Source: Lama guanicoe
Lineage: Eukaryota
Direction of reading: 5' to 3'
Assembly: GCA_013239625.1 (NCBI GenBank)
Contig: MU053520.1
Location: 462,934 to 526,933 of the forward strand
DNA: 64,000 nucleotides
Shown here: in pieces, positions 38,701 to 51,479 of the stretch
How positions within the stretch are numbered: the first letter of the stretch is position 1
Layout of the letters: each line of letters begins with the position of its first letter
The notes under the pieces: generated by a model
Told to the model about the DNA's origin: nothing
The model's database searches: none
What the model saw: the letters and a program-made list of their open reading frames with translations, nothing else
Translations under genes and position numbers: made by a program

Positions 38701-39512
38701 AACTTTCCACAATTTTCAAGTTATTTGAGATTATATTGAGCATTTTCTTGTTAAAAATTGAAGTGATCATGTAATTTTGATATTTCTCTGCAGAAAATAT
38801 CTCACTAATATTAGCAGCCAACTGTTACGAAACATTTCATTTGAAAACCTAAAGGAGCTTTGCAAATTTGATTCATCACAACAAACCCAGAGTGCTCATA
38901 TTTAATTAGCTACTCCTCTCTGATTAAATTGTTTACGGTCCATAACCATAGCCATAAACCATAAGCTATAAACAATTGCCCCTAAATTATCCAACACAAG
39001 GCAAATTTGGAAAGGAGGAAAACATACATTGAGATCACATAGCAAAGACCAAGCCTTTGTCTTACAAATAAAAATAAAATACATCTCTATTCAAATTTTA
39101 GAATTATGAAAACTGAATACTTAATTTAATAGTATATTCTACAGGTGTTTTACTTTATACTAATTTAAAGAAATAATCATAATAACAATGACCACTTATT
39201 GAGCTTTCAATTTGTTCCAATATCTATGCTGTTATACTGACAATATAAATGCAATTTAACAAATTATTCCATTCAGTTTTAAATAAATGTTATCGAAGCA
39301 CAACATATACACAGGAAAATACACGTAAGTGAAGAACTCATGATTTTTCCCAAAATGTGCACTCTGTAGCAATCACTAATATTAAAAAAACAGAACATTA
39401 GTAACACCCTTGAAGTTCTGTGGTAGTATCTATCCTTCTGATTTCTATCACCATCAGTTTGTATAGTATGCAATTATATAATTGAATTTTATTTTCATTC
39501 AACATTATGCTT

Positions 39513-40862
39513 TTTTTAACATTTTTTATTGATTTGTAATCATTTTACAATGTTGTGTCAAATTCCAGTGTTCAGCACAATTTTTCAGTCATTCATGGAC
39601 ATATACTCACTCATTGTCACATTTTTTTCTCTGTGAGTTATCATAACATTTTGTGTATATTTCCCTGTGCTATACAGTGTAATCTTCTTTATCTGTTCTA
39701 CAATTTTGAAATCCCAGTCAATCCCTTCTCACCCTCCCCCCCCGGTAACCACAAGTTTGTATTCTCTGTCCGTGAGTCTATTTCTGTCCTGTATTTACAC
39801 TTTGTTTTTGTTTGTTTGTTTGTTTTTGTTTTTGTTTTTTAGATTCCACATATGAGCAATCTCATATGGTATTTTTCTTTCTCTTTCTGGCTTACTTCAC
39901 TTAGAATGACATTCTCCAGGAGCATCCATGTTGCTGCAAATGGCATTATGTTGTCGGTTTTTATGGCTGAGTAGTATTCCATTGTATAAATATACCACCT
40001 CTTCTTTATCCAGTCACCTGTTGATGGACATTTAGGCTGTTTCCATGTTTTGGCTATTGTAAATAGTGCTGCTATGAACATTGGGGTGCAGGTGTCATCC
40101 TGAAGTAGATTTCCTTCTGGATACAAGCCCAGGAGTGGGATTCCTGGGTCATATGGTAAGTCTATTCCTAGTCTTTTGAGGAATCTCCACACTGTTTTCC
40201 ATAGTGGCTGCACCAAACTGCATTCCCACCAGCAGTGTAGGAGGGTTCCCCTTTCTCCACAGCCTCTCCAGCATTTGTCATTTGTGGATTTTTGAATGAC
40301 GGCCATTCTGACTGGTGTGAGGTGATACCTCATTGTAGTTTTGATTTGCATTTCTCTGATAATTAGTGATATTGAGCATTTTTTCATGTGCTTTTTGATC
40401 ATTTGTATGTCTTCCTTGGAGAATTGCTTGTTTAGGTCTTCTGCCCATTTTTGGATTGGGTTGTTTATTTTTTTCTTATTGAGTTGTATGAGCTGCTTAC
40501 ATATTCTGGAGATCAAGCCTTTGTTGGTTTCACTTGCAAAAATTTTCTCCCATTCCGTAGGTTTTCTTCTTGTTTTATTTCTGGTTTCCTTTGCTGTGCA
40601 GAAGCTTGTAAGTTTCATTAGGTCCCATTTGTTTATTCTTGCTTTTATTTCTTCTAGGAGAAAATTTTTGAAATGTATGTCAGATAATGTTTTGCCTATG
40701 TTTTCCTCTAGGAGGTTTATTGTATCTTGTCTTATGTTTAAGTCTTTAATCCATTTTGAGTTGATTTTTGTATATGGTGTAAGGGAGTGTTCTAGCTTCA
40801 TTGTTTTACATGCTGCTGTCCAGTTTTCCCAACACCATTTGCTGAAGAGACTGTCTTTATTC
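39513..40862 (-). mobile_element. Young 5'-truncated L1 (~1.35 kb) with 17-bp TSD
   Basis: TSD cattcaacattatgctt at 39496-39512 and 40863-40879; T-tract at left; closely similar to 48140-49490. Confidence 0.95.
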
Positions 40863-40865
40863 CAT
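39839..40865 (-). pseudogene. L1 ORF2p C-terminal ~340 aa, stop-free but lacking endonuclease and RT
   Basis: ORF track 39839..40921: [15 protein letters not shown]...[30 protein letters not shown]...[18 protein letters not shown] (CCHC); the first ~19 aa come from flanking DNA. Confidence 0.9.
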
Positions 40866-42794
40866 TCAACATTATGCTTAAGAAAGTCACCTACACTTTT
40901 GTGTTTAAGCATAATTTTCAATTCTTATTGTTTCTAGCAAGTCACTGGGTAAATATAACATAGGTTATTTATCCAACTTCTTAATGTTGAACATTAAGAG
41001 TTTTTCTTGATTTTGGGCTTAAGCAAATAGCATTGCTATGATTATTCATGTATGTTCTATTTTAGTAAATATTGCTCAAAAGATTTCAAAAGTGGTTGTG
41101 CAAATTTACATTTCTGCCAATAGTGGGATACCAAACTTAGGTATTGTTTATCTTTTCATGACAGAGGTTGAAAATTGTATCCTTTTCTTAAGTATGCCTG
41201 TTGAAATTATTAACAATGTTTCTACATATATTTTCCCTAGACTTTCTATTCTTTAAGTGTTATATTTTAAACAGGAATTCCTCATTAAATATAGTTGTCT
41301 TTCATATTTTGTTTTATGGCTCTGTACTATGTCCCAATAAAGATATCATAAACTATTCTAAGACTATGGAGATGTACTATTATTTTCTGAAACCTTTGTT
41401 TATTTTACCCTTCTTGTTTAAATGCACAATAGGAATTGGTTTTTGAATAAGATGTGAAATTTTACTTACTCTATGATTTAATTGTATATAGATATGAAAA
41501 ATATAGGTTGATATTTATAGCCAGTTATTCAAAAGGCTATTCTTTCTCACTGTACTACCATTTTACAAATCAAATGATTTCATATATCATTTGTTTCTGG
41601 ACACTCTCCTGTTCTATTGCACCTTATTCTTGGGTACAATGTTGTCTATTGTGTATTCTTGGCCCAAGACCACTGTCTAAATGGTTTCTTTGTAAATACA
41701 TGTATATACCTACTCATGAAAACCCTTTAGTTTTGTTTTTTTTTCAAGATGATCTTTTTAATCCTTCATGTTAAATTTTTAGAATCAGCTTGTCAGTAAC
41801 TGCAAATTGACAATTCTAGGACCCTTAAGGGTTTTTGATGAATTTACAAAGAATCAGGGAGGATTAAAAGCTTTGCAATATTGACTCTTCCCATCTGCAG
41901 ACATGGTTTATAACATACTTTGTTTGCAACCCTTTTTACCCCCTCTCAATAACTTATGTAGAATTCTGTGTAGCAGTTTTGTACACATTAAAATACAGTA
42001 AGCATGCATTTTCACTAGTTCTAGGTGTTTGTTTTATTTAATGCTATAGAAATTGTATCATTAAAAAACTGTACTTTTAAATCCCATGTAGCATGAAATG
42101 TAAAGATGTTAAAATTGACTTTAAATGAACTTTAATGAGATAAGGATAAATGCTCCTTGATCTAGAGGAAACTATAGGTCACCTTTACTTTCGAAAAGAA
42201 TGTTTTTTATGATGTATAATTGCAAACTTTTAGCATTTTAAATGTATCACTTAATTGCCTTTAGCATCTGTTTGTTTAGGGAACATATTAGATTTATTGT
42301 TGCTTAATTGAGGTACAGCACCTTCTTCCCCTCCCCTCAGTAGCTCTTTAGACTAGTTTTAGTTTGTTTGATTAACTTGATTTGGTTTGGTTTGGTATTT
42401 ACATTGTTTGAGGTTTGCAGCACTTTTTGAATCTATTACTGTATGCATTCATTAGTCTTAAAAAAAATCGATCTTTATCTCTTTAAATACCACTCTTCTG
42501 AATTCAAGACTCTCACTGCATATATATATATTTATATATATATACACACACATATATACATACATATGCATACAAATATATTTATATTTAATATATATTT
42601 TTCCGTCATGTTCCAATTGTTTTGTTTATTCTTTTCTGCTTTTTCTGTCTTTTTTTTTCCTCTGTTCTTCAGTTAGGGTACTTCCCACTGAACTATCTTT
42701 GAATAATTAATCAGCTCTTCTACTATGTCTATTGTACTACTAAAGCCATCTATTAAGATTTATTATGTTTTTTGTTTTAGAAGTTCCTTTTTGG

Positions 42795-44485
42795 GAGGAT
42801 GCCAAGACAGCAGAGCAGTAGGATGCTCTCCCACAAATACACCAAGACTCACATCCACAGACCCACTCAGCCACTCAGAGAACCTGCAGAACTCCGACAA
42901 AAATCGTCCTCTTCAAAAGACAAAGACGCCAAAAATCTGGTAAGAGAAAAGGAAAAAAGAAAGAAGAAAAGGCAAAACAGTGCAGGACTGGTCCCGTGAG
43001 GAGGGAGCAGTAAAGGAGGACTAGCGCTAATTTGCTGGGCCAGCAGACAGAGGGGGAACCTCTGAGGCTCAGATCAGTACGGAGAAGCCCTTGACAACAG
43101 AACTAAGTGAAATGGGCACAGAGGATCCCTGCAACACCCAGCCTGAGATGCAAGCCAGCAGCTAGGGGCCAGGACAGGCTGCCCGAGGTGGGCGAGGACT
43201 GGAGTGGCTGCACTGAGGCAGCCCCAAGGGACTGCAGGGGGCTGCATGCCATAGTTGAGTGGTTGCAAAGGGCAGAACAACCTGGGCCCTTCATAAAACC
43301 ACATGGCTAATGTGCCCTGAGGGAAGGGTGCATACTCCCATCTCTGAAAACCTGTGGAAGGTTTTTGGGTGAAGAGATGCGTGGCTCAGGCACAGCTACC
43401 ATATCCTCTGGCACTTAGCACCCAGGTGGGGGCAAGGGCAAAGCCTGAATCTGCACCTAAGGGCTTAGCAGCCTCAAAGGCCAGAAGGAGACTTGCCTAC
43501 AGCCCAAGGCAGATAGGGTCCTTCAGCCATAGCATCTCAGAGAATTCACACCAAGACAAACAAGGAGCTGAGTTTGGGCCCAGAGCAGGGGAGGGGCTGT
43601 TCTGCAGTCTTCTCCGAGCCCTCCTGTGGTGCACTGACCCGAGGCAGAGCGGGCAGCTGCACAGAGCTGTGGAGCAACCTGCATCAGGAGAGGGCGGGTA
43701 GGCCCCCACCTTCTGGTGGGAATACAGCACCTGACTGCAGTGCTGGTAGGGGGTGCGATCTGCCCTCTTACCTGGCCAGTCTGCAACATCTGATTGCGGC
43801 ATTAGGAGGGGCAGTGACCTGCCCACCCACAGTGAAGGAGAGCTGCACCTGACCATGTGCTGGGAGGGAGCGAGATCTGCTTGCTGACAGGCACTGGGAG
43901 CAGCACAGATGAGGGTGCCAAGGGAAGGCCTCTGGAAACAACAAGCTGAGCTTCCAAAACAGGGCAAAGATAGAAAGACTTCTCATTAAGAGCACACAGT
44001 CTTGAGGAGAACATCCCCCCTCTTTGTTTTTGAATCTGTTTCTACCTGTTCTATTTTCCATTATCTTTAAAATTTTTAATTTTTAAACAATTATATGTGT
44101 CCCCAGTTTTAATCCCTGTTAAATTTTTCTTTTAAAATATATTTATTATTATTATTTTTAAAAATCCACATCATTTCATTTTTATTTCTCTTGGGTTTGG
44201 TCTCCTGTTATTGAGTATACACAGGTTACAAATATTTTTTCCCTCTTTTCTCCTTTTTTAAAAGATATCTCAACTCAATTGCTAGTCTGATTCAAATTGT
44301 CCTTCTATAGTTGCTTATACACTGTTTTCAAACCTTTTTTCTCTCTTCTTTTAAATTCTCTTTCTCTCTCTCTCTCCCACTCTTTTTTTAAGTTTTATTT
44401 CTACATAGGCATTAGATAGATAAATAAACTCCTTAAGGACCACAATAGATAACTGATACTCCATAAGGCACAGTGCCAGAGAGAT
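42795..44485 (+). promoter_or_regulatory. L1 5'UTR / internal Pol II promoter region (decayed)
   Basis: Most GC-rich stretch of the window (~42800-44000), followed by a T-rich segment directly upstream of ORF1. Confidence 0.65.
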
Positions 44486-45390
44486 ATGAGCAAGAGGAAG
44501 AAGCAGAGAAACCATTCCCAATGAAAAGGTCAAGAGAAATCCCCTGAAAGAATGATCAATGAAATAGACATCGATAGCCTACAAGATCAAGATTTCAAAA
44601 AAAGTGTGATCAAAGTACTGAAGGAACTAAAAGAGATAGTGTTTAGAGATATAAAATATGTCAAAAATGAAATTGGAGCTATAAAGAAGAGCCAAGTGGA
44701 ATTGGTAAACTGATTGGCTGAGATGAGAACTGATCTAAAGGCTGTGCAAAGCAGACTAGATAGAGTCGAGGAAGTAATAAGTGACCTAGAAGACAGGACA
44801 ACAGAAAGTACCCAATCAGAACAGCTGAGAGAAAAATAAATAAAAACCAATGAAAACAAAATAAAAGACCTATGGGATAATATAAAGCATGCCAATCGAT
44901 GCATAATAGGAGTCCCAGAAGGAGAAGAAAGAACAAAGGGGATTGAAAAGGTATTGGAAGATATCATGACTGAAAACTTCCCAAACTTAAAGAAGGAATC
45001 AGATATCCAAGTACAGGAAATTCAGAGGGTTCCAAACAGGAAGAAACCAAACACAACCACAACAAGACATATCATAATTAAGATGGCCAGAGTCAAAGGT
45101 AAAGAAATGATCCTAAAGGCAGCAAGGGAAAAACAAAGAATGAGTTACAAGGGAATCCCCTAAAGGCTCTCAGCTGATTTCTCTACACAAACACTACAGG
45201 CCAGAAGGGAGTGGCAAGGTATAATCAAAGTCCTGACTGAAAAAAAAACACACAGCCTAGGATACTCTATCCAGCAAGGCTATCTTTTAGAATAGAAGGA
45301 GAGATAAAGAACTTCACAGACAAGCAAAAACTAAAACAGTTTAGCAACACTAAACCCATGCTAAAAGAAATATTGACAGGACTACTCTAA
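44486..45390 (+). pseudogene. L1 ORF1p, disrupted
   Basis: ATG at 44486; ...EDIMTENFPNLKKESDIQVQEIQRVPNR...RHIIIKMARVKGKEMILKAAREK; in-frame stops; ends at TAA 45388-45390. Confidence 0.85.
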
Positions 45391-45794
45391 ATCTGAAAGA
45401 AGCAGGATGCTACAAAAATGAGAAACTCATAACTGGAAAGGAGATAACTCATGAATACAAATAAAAGAAGCATGATATTGTAAAAGAAGACATCTGACTC
45501 ATTAAGAGTGGGAGAGGGAAGCAAGAAAATATAGAGTATTTTTTCTCTTTCTTTTTAAAATTTTTTGTTCTCAGTAGGTTTGGTTTGAGATAATGTTACT
45601 ATCAGTTTAATAAAAACAGTTATAGTAATGGGCTAATAGACTTATAAAACAGGGTAGCCAGAAGCCAAAAACACACAAGGGAGTCACAAAAACCAAATAA
45701 AATCCATGATAATACAAAAACAATTACAAATCACAAAAGGAAGAAGAAAGGAACAAGGAGGAAATAACAAATCAACTGCAAAGGTAAGTTCAAA

Positions 45795-48700
45795 ATGGTA
45801 ATAAACACACATTTATCATTATTTACTGTAAATGTTAATGGATTAAATGCTCCAGTCAAAAGACATAGAGTGGCAGACTGGATAATAACACAAGAACCTT
45901 CATATGCTGTATACAAGAGACCCACTTTAGGGTGAAGGACACATAGATTGAGAGTGAAACGATGGAAAGGGATATTCCATGCAAATGGAAAAACCAAAAA
46001 AGCAGGTGTAGCAGTACTGATTTCAGACAAAATACACTTTAAAACAAAGGCCATAAAGAAAGATAAAGAAGGACACTTTATAATGATTAAAGGAGTAATA
46101 TAAGATGAGGATATTACACATGTTAAAATATATGTAATCAAAATAGGAGCACCTAAGTACATAAAACAATTACTAACAGTGATAAAGGGTGATATTGATG
46201 GGAACACAATCATAGTCAGAGATCTTAACACCACATTAACATCACTAGACAGATCTTCCAGACAGAAAATAAATAAGGTAACAGAGAAATTAAATAATAC
46301 AATAGAAAAATTAGACTTGGTGGATATTTTCAAAACATTAAACCCCCCAAAAATACGATATACCTTCTTTTCAAGTGCATATGGAACATTTTCTAGGATT
46401 GATCATGTACTTGGGCACAAAAGAAACCTCAACAATTTTAAGAAGGTAGAAATAATGTCAAGCATCTTTACTCACCACAATACCATCAAACTAGAAATCC
46501 ACTACATGGAAACAAAGAGAAAAAAAGGAATGCATCAAGATTAAACAACATGCTATTAAAAGACTAATGGGTCAAGATAAAATCAAAGCTGAAATTTAAA
46601 AATACCTTAAGACAAATGAAAATGAAAATATAGCCACACAAAATTTATGGGACACAGCAAAGATAATGCTAAAAGGGAAGTTTATAGTGATACATGCCTT
46701 CCTCAAAAAAGAAAAACATTCTCAAGTAAACAATCTAATGCACCAGCTAAAAGAATTAGAAAAAGAAGAGCAAAAAACCCCAAAAGGCAGCAGAAGGAAG
46801 GAAATTATAAAGACCAGGGAGGAAATAAATAAAACAGAGATTAAAAAAACATAGAAAAAAATCAATCAAACCAAAAGCTGTTTTTTTGAAAAAGTAAGTA
46901 AAATCGACAAACCTCTGGCCAAACTCACAAAGAAGAAAACAGAGAGAGCACAAATTAGCAAAATAAGAAAGGAAAATGGAGAAATAATGAACATGGATGC
47001 AAAAATCCTTACCGAAATATTAGCAAATAGAATCCAATAACACATAAAAAAGATTATACATCATGACCAAGTGGAGTTCATCCCAGGGACACAAGGCTGG
47101 TTCAACATACGCAAATCAATCAATGTAATACATCACATCAACAAGAGAAAGGACAAAAACCACATGATCATCTCAATAGATGCAGAAAAAGCATTTGATA
47201 AAATTCAACACTGATTTATGATACCAAAGTGCGTATAGAGGGAACATATCTAAAACATCATAAAAGCTATATATGACAAACCTACAGCCAGCATAGTACT
47301 CAATGGTGGAAAACTCAAAAGCTTCCCACTAAAATCTAGGATAAGACAATGCTGCCCACTATCACCACTCCTATTCAACATAGTCTTGGAAGCCCTAACC
47401 ACAACAATCAGGCAAGAGAGAGAATAAAAGGGATCCAAATTGGAAAAGGAGTGGTTAAAGTTTTACTATACACCGATCACAGTTACTATATATAGATAAT
47501 CCTAAAAGGTCCACACAAATACTACTAGAGCAGATAAAAGAATTCAACAAGGTAGCAGGTTACAAGATTAACATTCAAAAATCAGTTGCATTTCTCACAC
47601 TAATGATGAATCAACAGAAAAAGAAAGTAAAGAAACAATCCCCTTTAAAATAGCACCCAAAGTAATAAAATATCTGGGAATAAATCTAACCAAGGAGGTG
47701 AAAAACTTATACAAGGAGAAACTATAAAAGAGAAGGAAATTAAAGAAGACTTTAAAAAATGGAAAGATATTCCATGCTCTTGGATTGGAAGAATCAATAT
47801 TGTTAAAATGGTCACACTGCCCAAGGCAATCTACAGATTCAATGCAAACCCTATCAAATTACCCAGGACATATTTCAAAGAACTACAACAAATCATAATA
47901 AAATTTATATGGAACCATCACAGACCTAGAATTGCTAAAGCATTACTGAAGAGAAAGAAAGAGCCTGGAGGAATAACCCTCCCAGACTTCAGACAATACT
48001 ATAGAGCTACAGTCATCAAGACAGCATGGTATTGGTACAAAAACAGACACATAGACCAATGGAACAGAATAGAGAGCCCAGAAATGAACCCACAAACTTT
48101 TGGTCAACTAAACTTTGACAAAGGAAGTGAGAATATACAGTGGAATAAAGACAGTCTCTTCAGCAAATGGTGTTGGGAAAACTGGACAGCAGCATGTAAA
48201 GCAATGAAGCTAGAACACTCCCTTACATCATACACAAAAATTAACCCAAAATGGATCAAAGACTTAAACATAAGACAAGATACAATAAACCTCCTAGAAG
48301 AAAATATAGGCAAAATATTATCTGACATACATCTCAAAAATTTTCTCCTACCCAAGCAATAGAAATAAAAGCAAGAATAAACAAATGGGACCTAATGAAA
48401 CTTACAAGCTTCTGCACAGCAAAGGAAACCATAAGTAAAACAAAACGACAACCTGTGGAATGGGAGAAAGTTTTTGCAAATGAAACCGATGAAGACTTGA
48501 TCTCCAGAATATATAAGAAGCTCATATGACTTAATAAGAAAAAAACAAACAATCCAGTCCAAAAATGGGCAGAAGATCTAAACAAGCAATTCTCCAAGGA
48601 AGACATACAAATGATCAATAGGCACATGAAAAAATGCTCAGTGTCACTAATTATCAGAGAAATGCAAATCAAAACTACAATGAGGTATCACCTCACACCA

Positions 48701-49176
48701 GTCAGAATGGCCATCATTCAAAAATCCACAAATGACAAATGCTGGAGAGACTGTGGAGAAAAGGGAACCCTCCTACACTGCTGGTGGGAATGTAGTTTGG
48801 TGCAGCCACTGTGGAAAACTTTATGAAGATTCCTCAAAAGGCTAGGAATAGACTTAACCATATGATCCAGGAATCCCACTCCTGGGCTTGTATCCAGAAG
48901 GAACCCTACTCCAAAATGACACCTGCACCCCAATTTTCATCACAGCACTATTTATAATAGCCAAGCATTGAAACAGCCTCAATGTCCATCAACAGATGTT
49001 TGGATAAAGAAGAGGTGGTATATTTATACAATGGAATACTATTCAGCCATAAAAACTGACAACATAACGCCATTTGCAACAACATGGATGCTCCTAGAGA
49101 ATGTCATTCTAAGTGAAGTAAGCCAGAAAGAGAAAGAAAAATACCATATGAGATTGCTCATCTGTGGAATCTATAA
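45795..49176 (+). pseudogene. L1 ORF2p (endonuclease/RT), disrupted, with an internal deletion at ~46987
   Basis: Begins MVINTHLSLFTVNVNGLNAPVKRHR; contains YTFFSSAYGTFSRIDH and [11 protein letters not shown]-terminus [13 protein letters not shown]; frameshifts and stops. Confidence 0.9.
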
Positions 49177-49855
49177 CAAACCTACAAACAAAATAAAACA
49201 AAACATAAATACAAAACAGAAACAGACTCATAGACATAGAATACAAACTTGTAGTTGCCAAGGGTGCTGGGGGGTTGGAAGGGATAGACTGCGATTTCAA
49301 AATTGTGGAATAGATAAACAAGATTATACTGTATAGCACAGGGAAATATATACAAGATCTTATGGTAGCTCACAGAGTAAAAAATGTGACAGTGAATATA
49401 TATATGTTCATGTATAGCTGAAAAATTGTGCTCTACACTGGAATTTGACACAACAATGTAAAATGATTATGTATCAATTAAAAAATTTAAAGAAAAGGTG
49501 GGGAGAAAGGAGGTGGGGAGGAGTATTTCTTGATCTTTAGGTCACATAGTCCTTTGAAATAATTTATTACTTATTTTAAAAAAATTAATAAATTTTCATC
49601 TTTTTAAAAGGAAAAAAATTTTAAAAAAGAATTATATGGTTTTGAAAATACATTATATGCATAAAGATGCCTTTAATAATGTGTAGAAATGCCCTTTGGA
49701 GACACAGCTACACATAGCACTAATTTTATTGATACTTAGCCTAAACAGGGAGAATGCTTTTGTTCTAGAATGTTGTGTTTCATGTTTTGTTCTGAGATTA
49801 TTTGCCAAGAATTATAATCTCCTTTTGCTCTATTATATATTTTATTTAGTACAGG

Positions 49856-50353
49856 TGGGTAGTAGACATTTTTCTTTTACTTCTCCCACCTTGGAGCATA
49901 CAGCATCTGAATCTCTCTCCATGTTTGAAGAATCCTTCTAGTCATGAGCATTTGGGAGTGGAAGATACTGCATATTACCCAGCCTCTTGCCACTAGGATT
50001 TAGGCACGTGACCTAGGTTTGGCCAATCAAAAGTGTTCAACCTAGTGAGTGTTTTGGTGGTAGGTGGAAGCAGCAACATATTGAGCTTGGAGGGACAGCA
50101 ATGGCAGAACATGACAGCAGAGTCAATCGTTCAGTGGAACTTGGTACGAGCATTAGAATCTACTGCTTTTGTGGCATGATTTGGGCTGTGGTTCTGGCTG
50201 GCCTCCATTGCTCTGTCCATTTCAAAGCGTGGTTCTGAAGCTTTCCTTTCAATTTGGTAACATACCTACTATCATTTTAATAAATTAATTTCATTGTTAA
50301 ATCAGCCAAAGTTGGCTTATGTTGCTTCTATTTTAAAAGTCTTGACTGATACA
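49856..50353 (+). mobile_element. ERVL LTR (LTR33-like)
   Basis: 'ccagcctcttgccactaggatttaggcacgtgacctaggtttggccaatca', 'aataaatt...taaatcagccaaagttggc', ends 'ctgataca'. Confidence 0.75.
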
Positions 50354-50369
50354 AAGGATAAAGAAATCA

Positions 50370-50700
50370 TTCCATGGGAATGAAAATAATAAAAGAACTT
50401 CCTGGAATATACACATTATCATTTTGAAGTTTGAGATAGAAATGTAAAGATCTCAGAGCACAGGTGGTATTTTATGTCTTTTTCCAATTAAACACTGTGC
50501 GTTTGGAAAAGATAGGAAAATACCGAATGCAGATATCCTGAGCACACAGATGGTGCTGAGAACTGAATTTGGTTTTCTGGACCATAGTTTATGATATTTT
50601 AACAGCAGTTTTTGGCAAAGGGTTGCTATACTCCTCACCAGAGCTTGTAGGAATATTTGCATGTCATTGCTCAAAAAATGTGAAGGATTTGAAGTTGATG
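50370..50700 (+). mobile_element. CR1/L3 LINE ORF1 (SGNH esterase domain) fossil
   Basis: Across frameshifts reads KDLRAQVVF...HRWC*EL/FGFLDHSL...ILLTRACRNI, matching the CR1 ORF1 pattern GAQVVFS...W.C...FGFLDHG...HLTR.G.NIF. Confidence 0.65.
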
Positions 50701-50839
50701 TTGAAGAAGAAACTATCCTATTCAAATGACATTGTTTATCATTAAGGACAGCACATGTTTGTTTATAAAATATGCATTTAGTGCTTTCTCTGTGTTAAGT
50801 ACTACGTCGTTGGAAAGAGAAAACTGTGAGCAATCTCTG

Positions 50840-51058
50840 TTCTCTAGGAATGTCCCCCTGATACTCTCTGTTACTCTTTATTTATAATATTGTAATATTT
50901 TGTTCAGTTGTTTGTATCCCATTCTTTCATGGATTTCTTAGGGATATGAGATTTATCTTCTATTTCTTTTCTGTTTCTAGCCCACAACACAATCTCTGAT
51001 ATTATAATTGGCTTGCAAGTAATGTATACTGACCATAAATGAATGAATGAATGAATGG
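50840..51058 (+). mobile_element. L2 3' end with (TGAA)n tail
   Basis: 'tttctagcccacaacacaatctctgatatt...aaatgaatgaatgaatgaatg'. Confidence 0.65.
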
Positions 51059-51446
51059 TGTTAAAAATTTAACTGAGTCAATTTTAAAGATCTTTTTGGC
51101 TATATTAAACAATTTATGAATTGGGTCATATCTCATCTAGCAAATAGAAAGGATTTCCTAACAGCTGTACAAAAGTAAAGACTTTCATAGACAGAAGAGG
51201 GTGGGACAAAGATCTACTAGCAAAGAGTGACTAGTTTGTGGCAAAGTAACCCCTTTGGGGGACAGCAAGTGTCTATCAGGCAGATTTCCTCACTAGTGTT
51301 CACCGGGTAATTCCAGATTGACTTGGTTAAGATTCCATTTCAGGGAGAGGTTGAAACTGTCATTGAGTTAGATATTAAGCCTTGATTTGGTGATGTGGGC
51401 TTGGCACAAATGATTCAATTTGGGTCATTTGTCTCTTGTTTAACTA
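51059..51446 (-). mobile_element. Solo ERV1-type LTR
   Basis: Begins 'tgttaaaaa', ends 'tttaacta' (degenerate TGTTAAA...TTTAACA termini); LTR-like composition. Confidence 0.6.
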
Positions 51447-51479
51447 TAGAAAAAAATGACATTACCAGTAGATAGGCTG

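Larger units (their letters stand above)
42795..49490 (+). mobile_element. Near full-length L1, inactivated
   Basis: GC-rich 5'UTR, ORF1, ~400-bp inter-ORF spacer, ORF2 (EN, RT, CCHC), 3'UTR and A-rich end; many stops and frameshifts. Confidence 0.95.

Noticed and set aside
39839..40921. 360-aa ORF as a host gene
   Set aside because: It is the L1 ORF2 C-terminus within a TSD-bounded insertion; the start lies in flanking DNA by chance
40341..40937. 198-aa plus-strand ORF ([17 protein letters not shown]...)
   Set aside because: It is the antisense reading of L1 ORF2, a common artefact; the same peptide recurs at 48334-48672
43074..44061. Cluster of overlapping 60-156 aa ORFs (ORF0-like?)
   Set aside because: Expected in a GC-rich L1 5'UTR with few stop codons; no recognisable homology or splice evidence
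42779..49535. TSD for the full-length L1 (agaagttcctttttg vs aggagtatttcttg)
   Set aside because: Too many mismatches to call; the tail has become purine-rich low-complexity sequence
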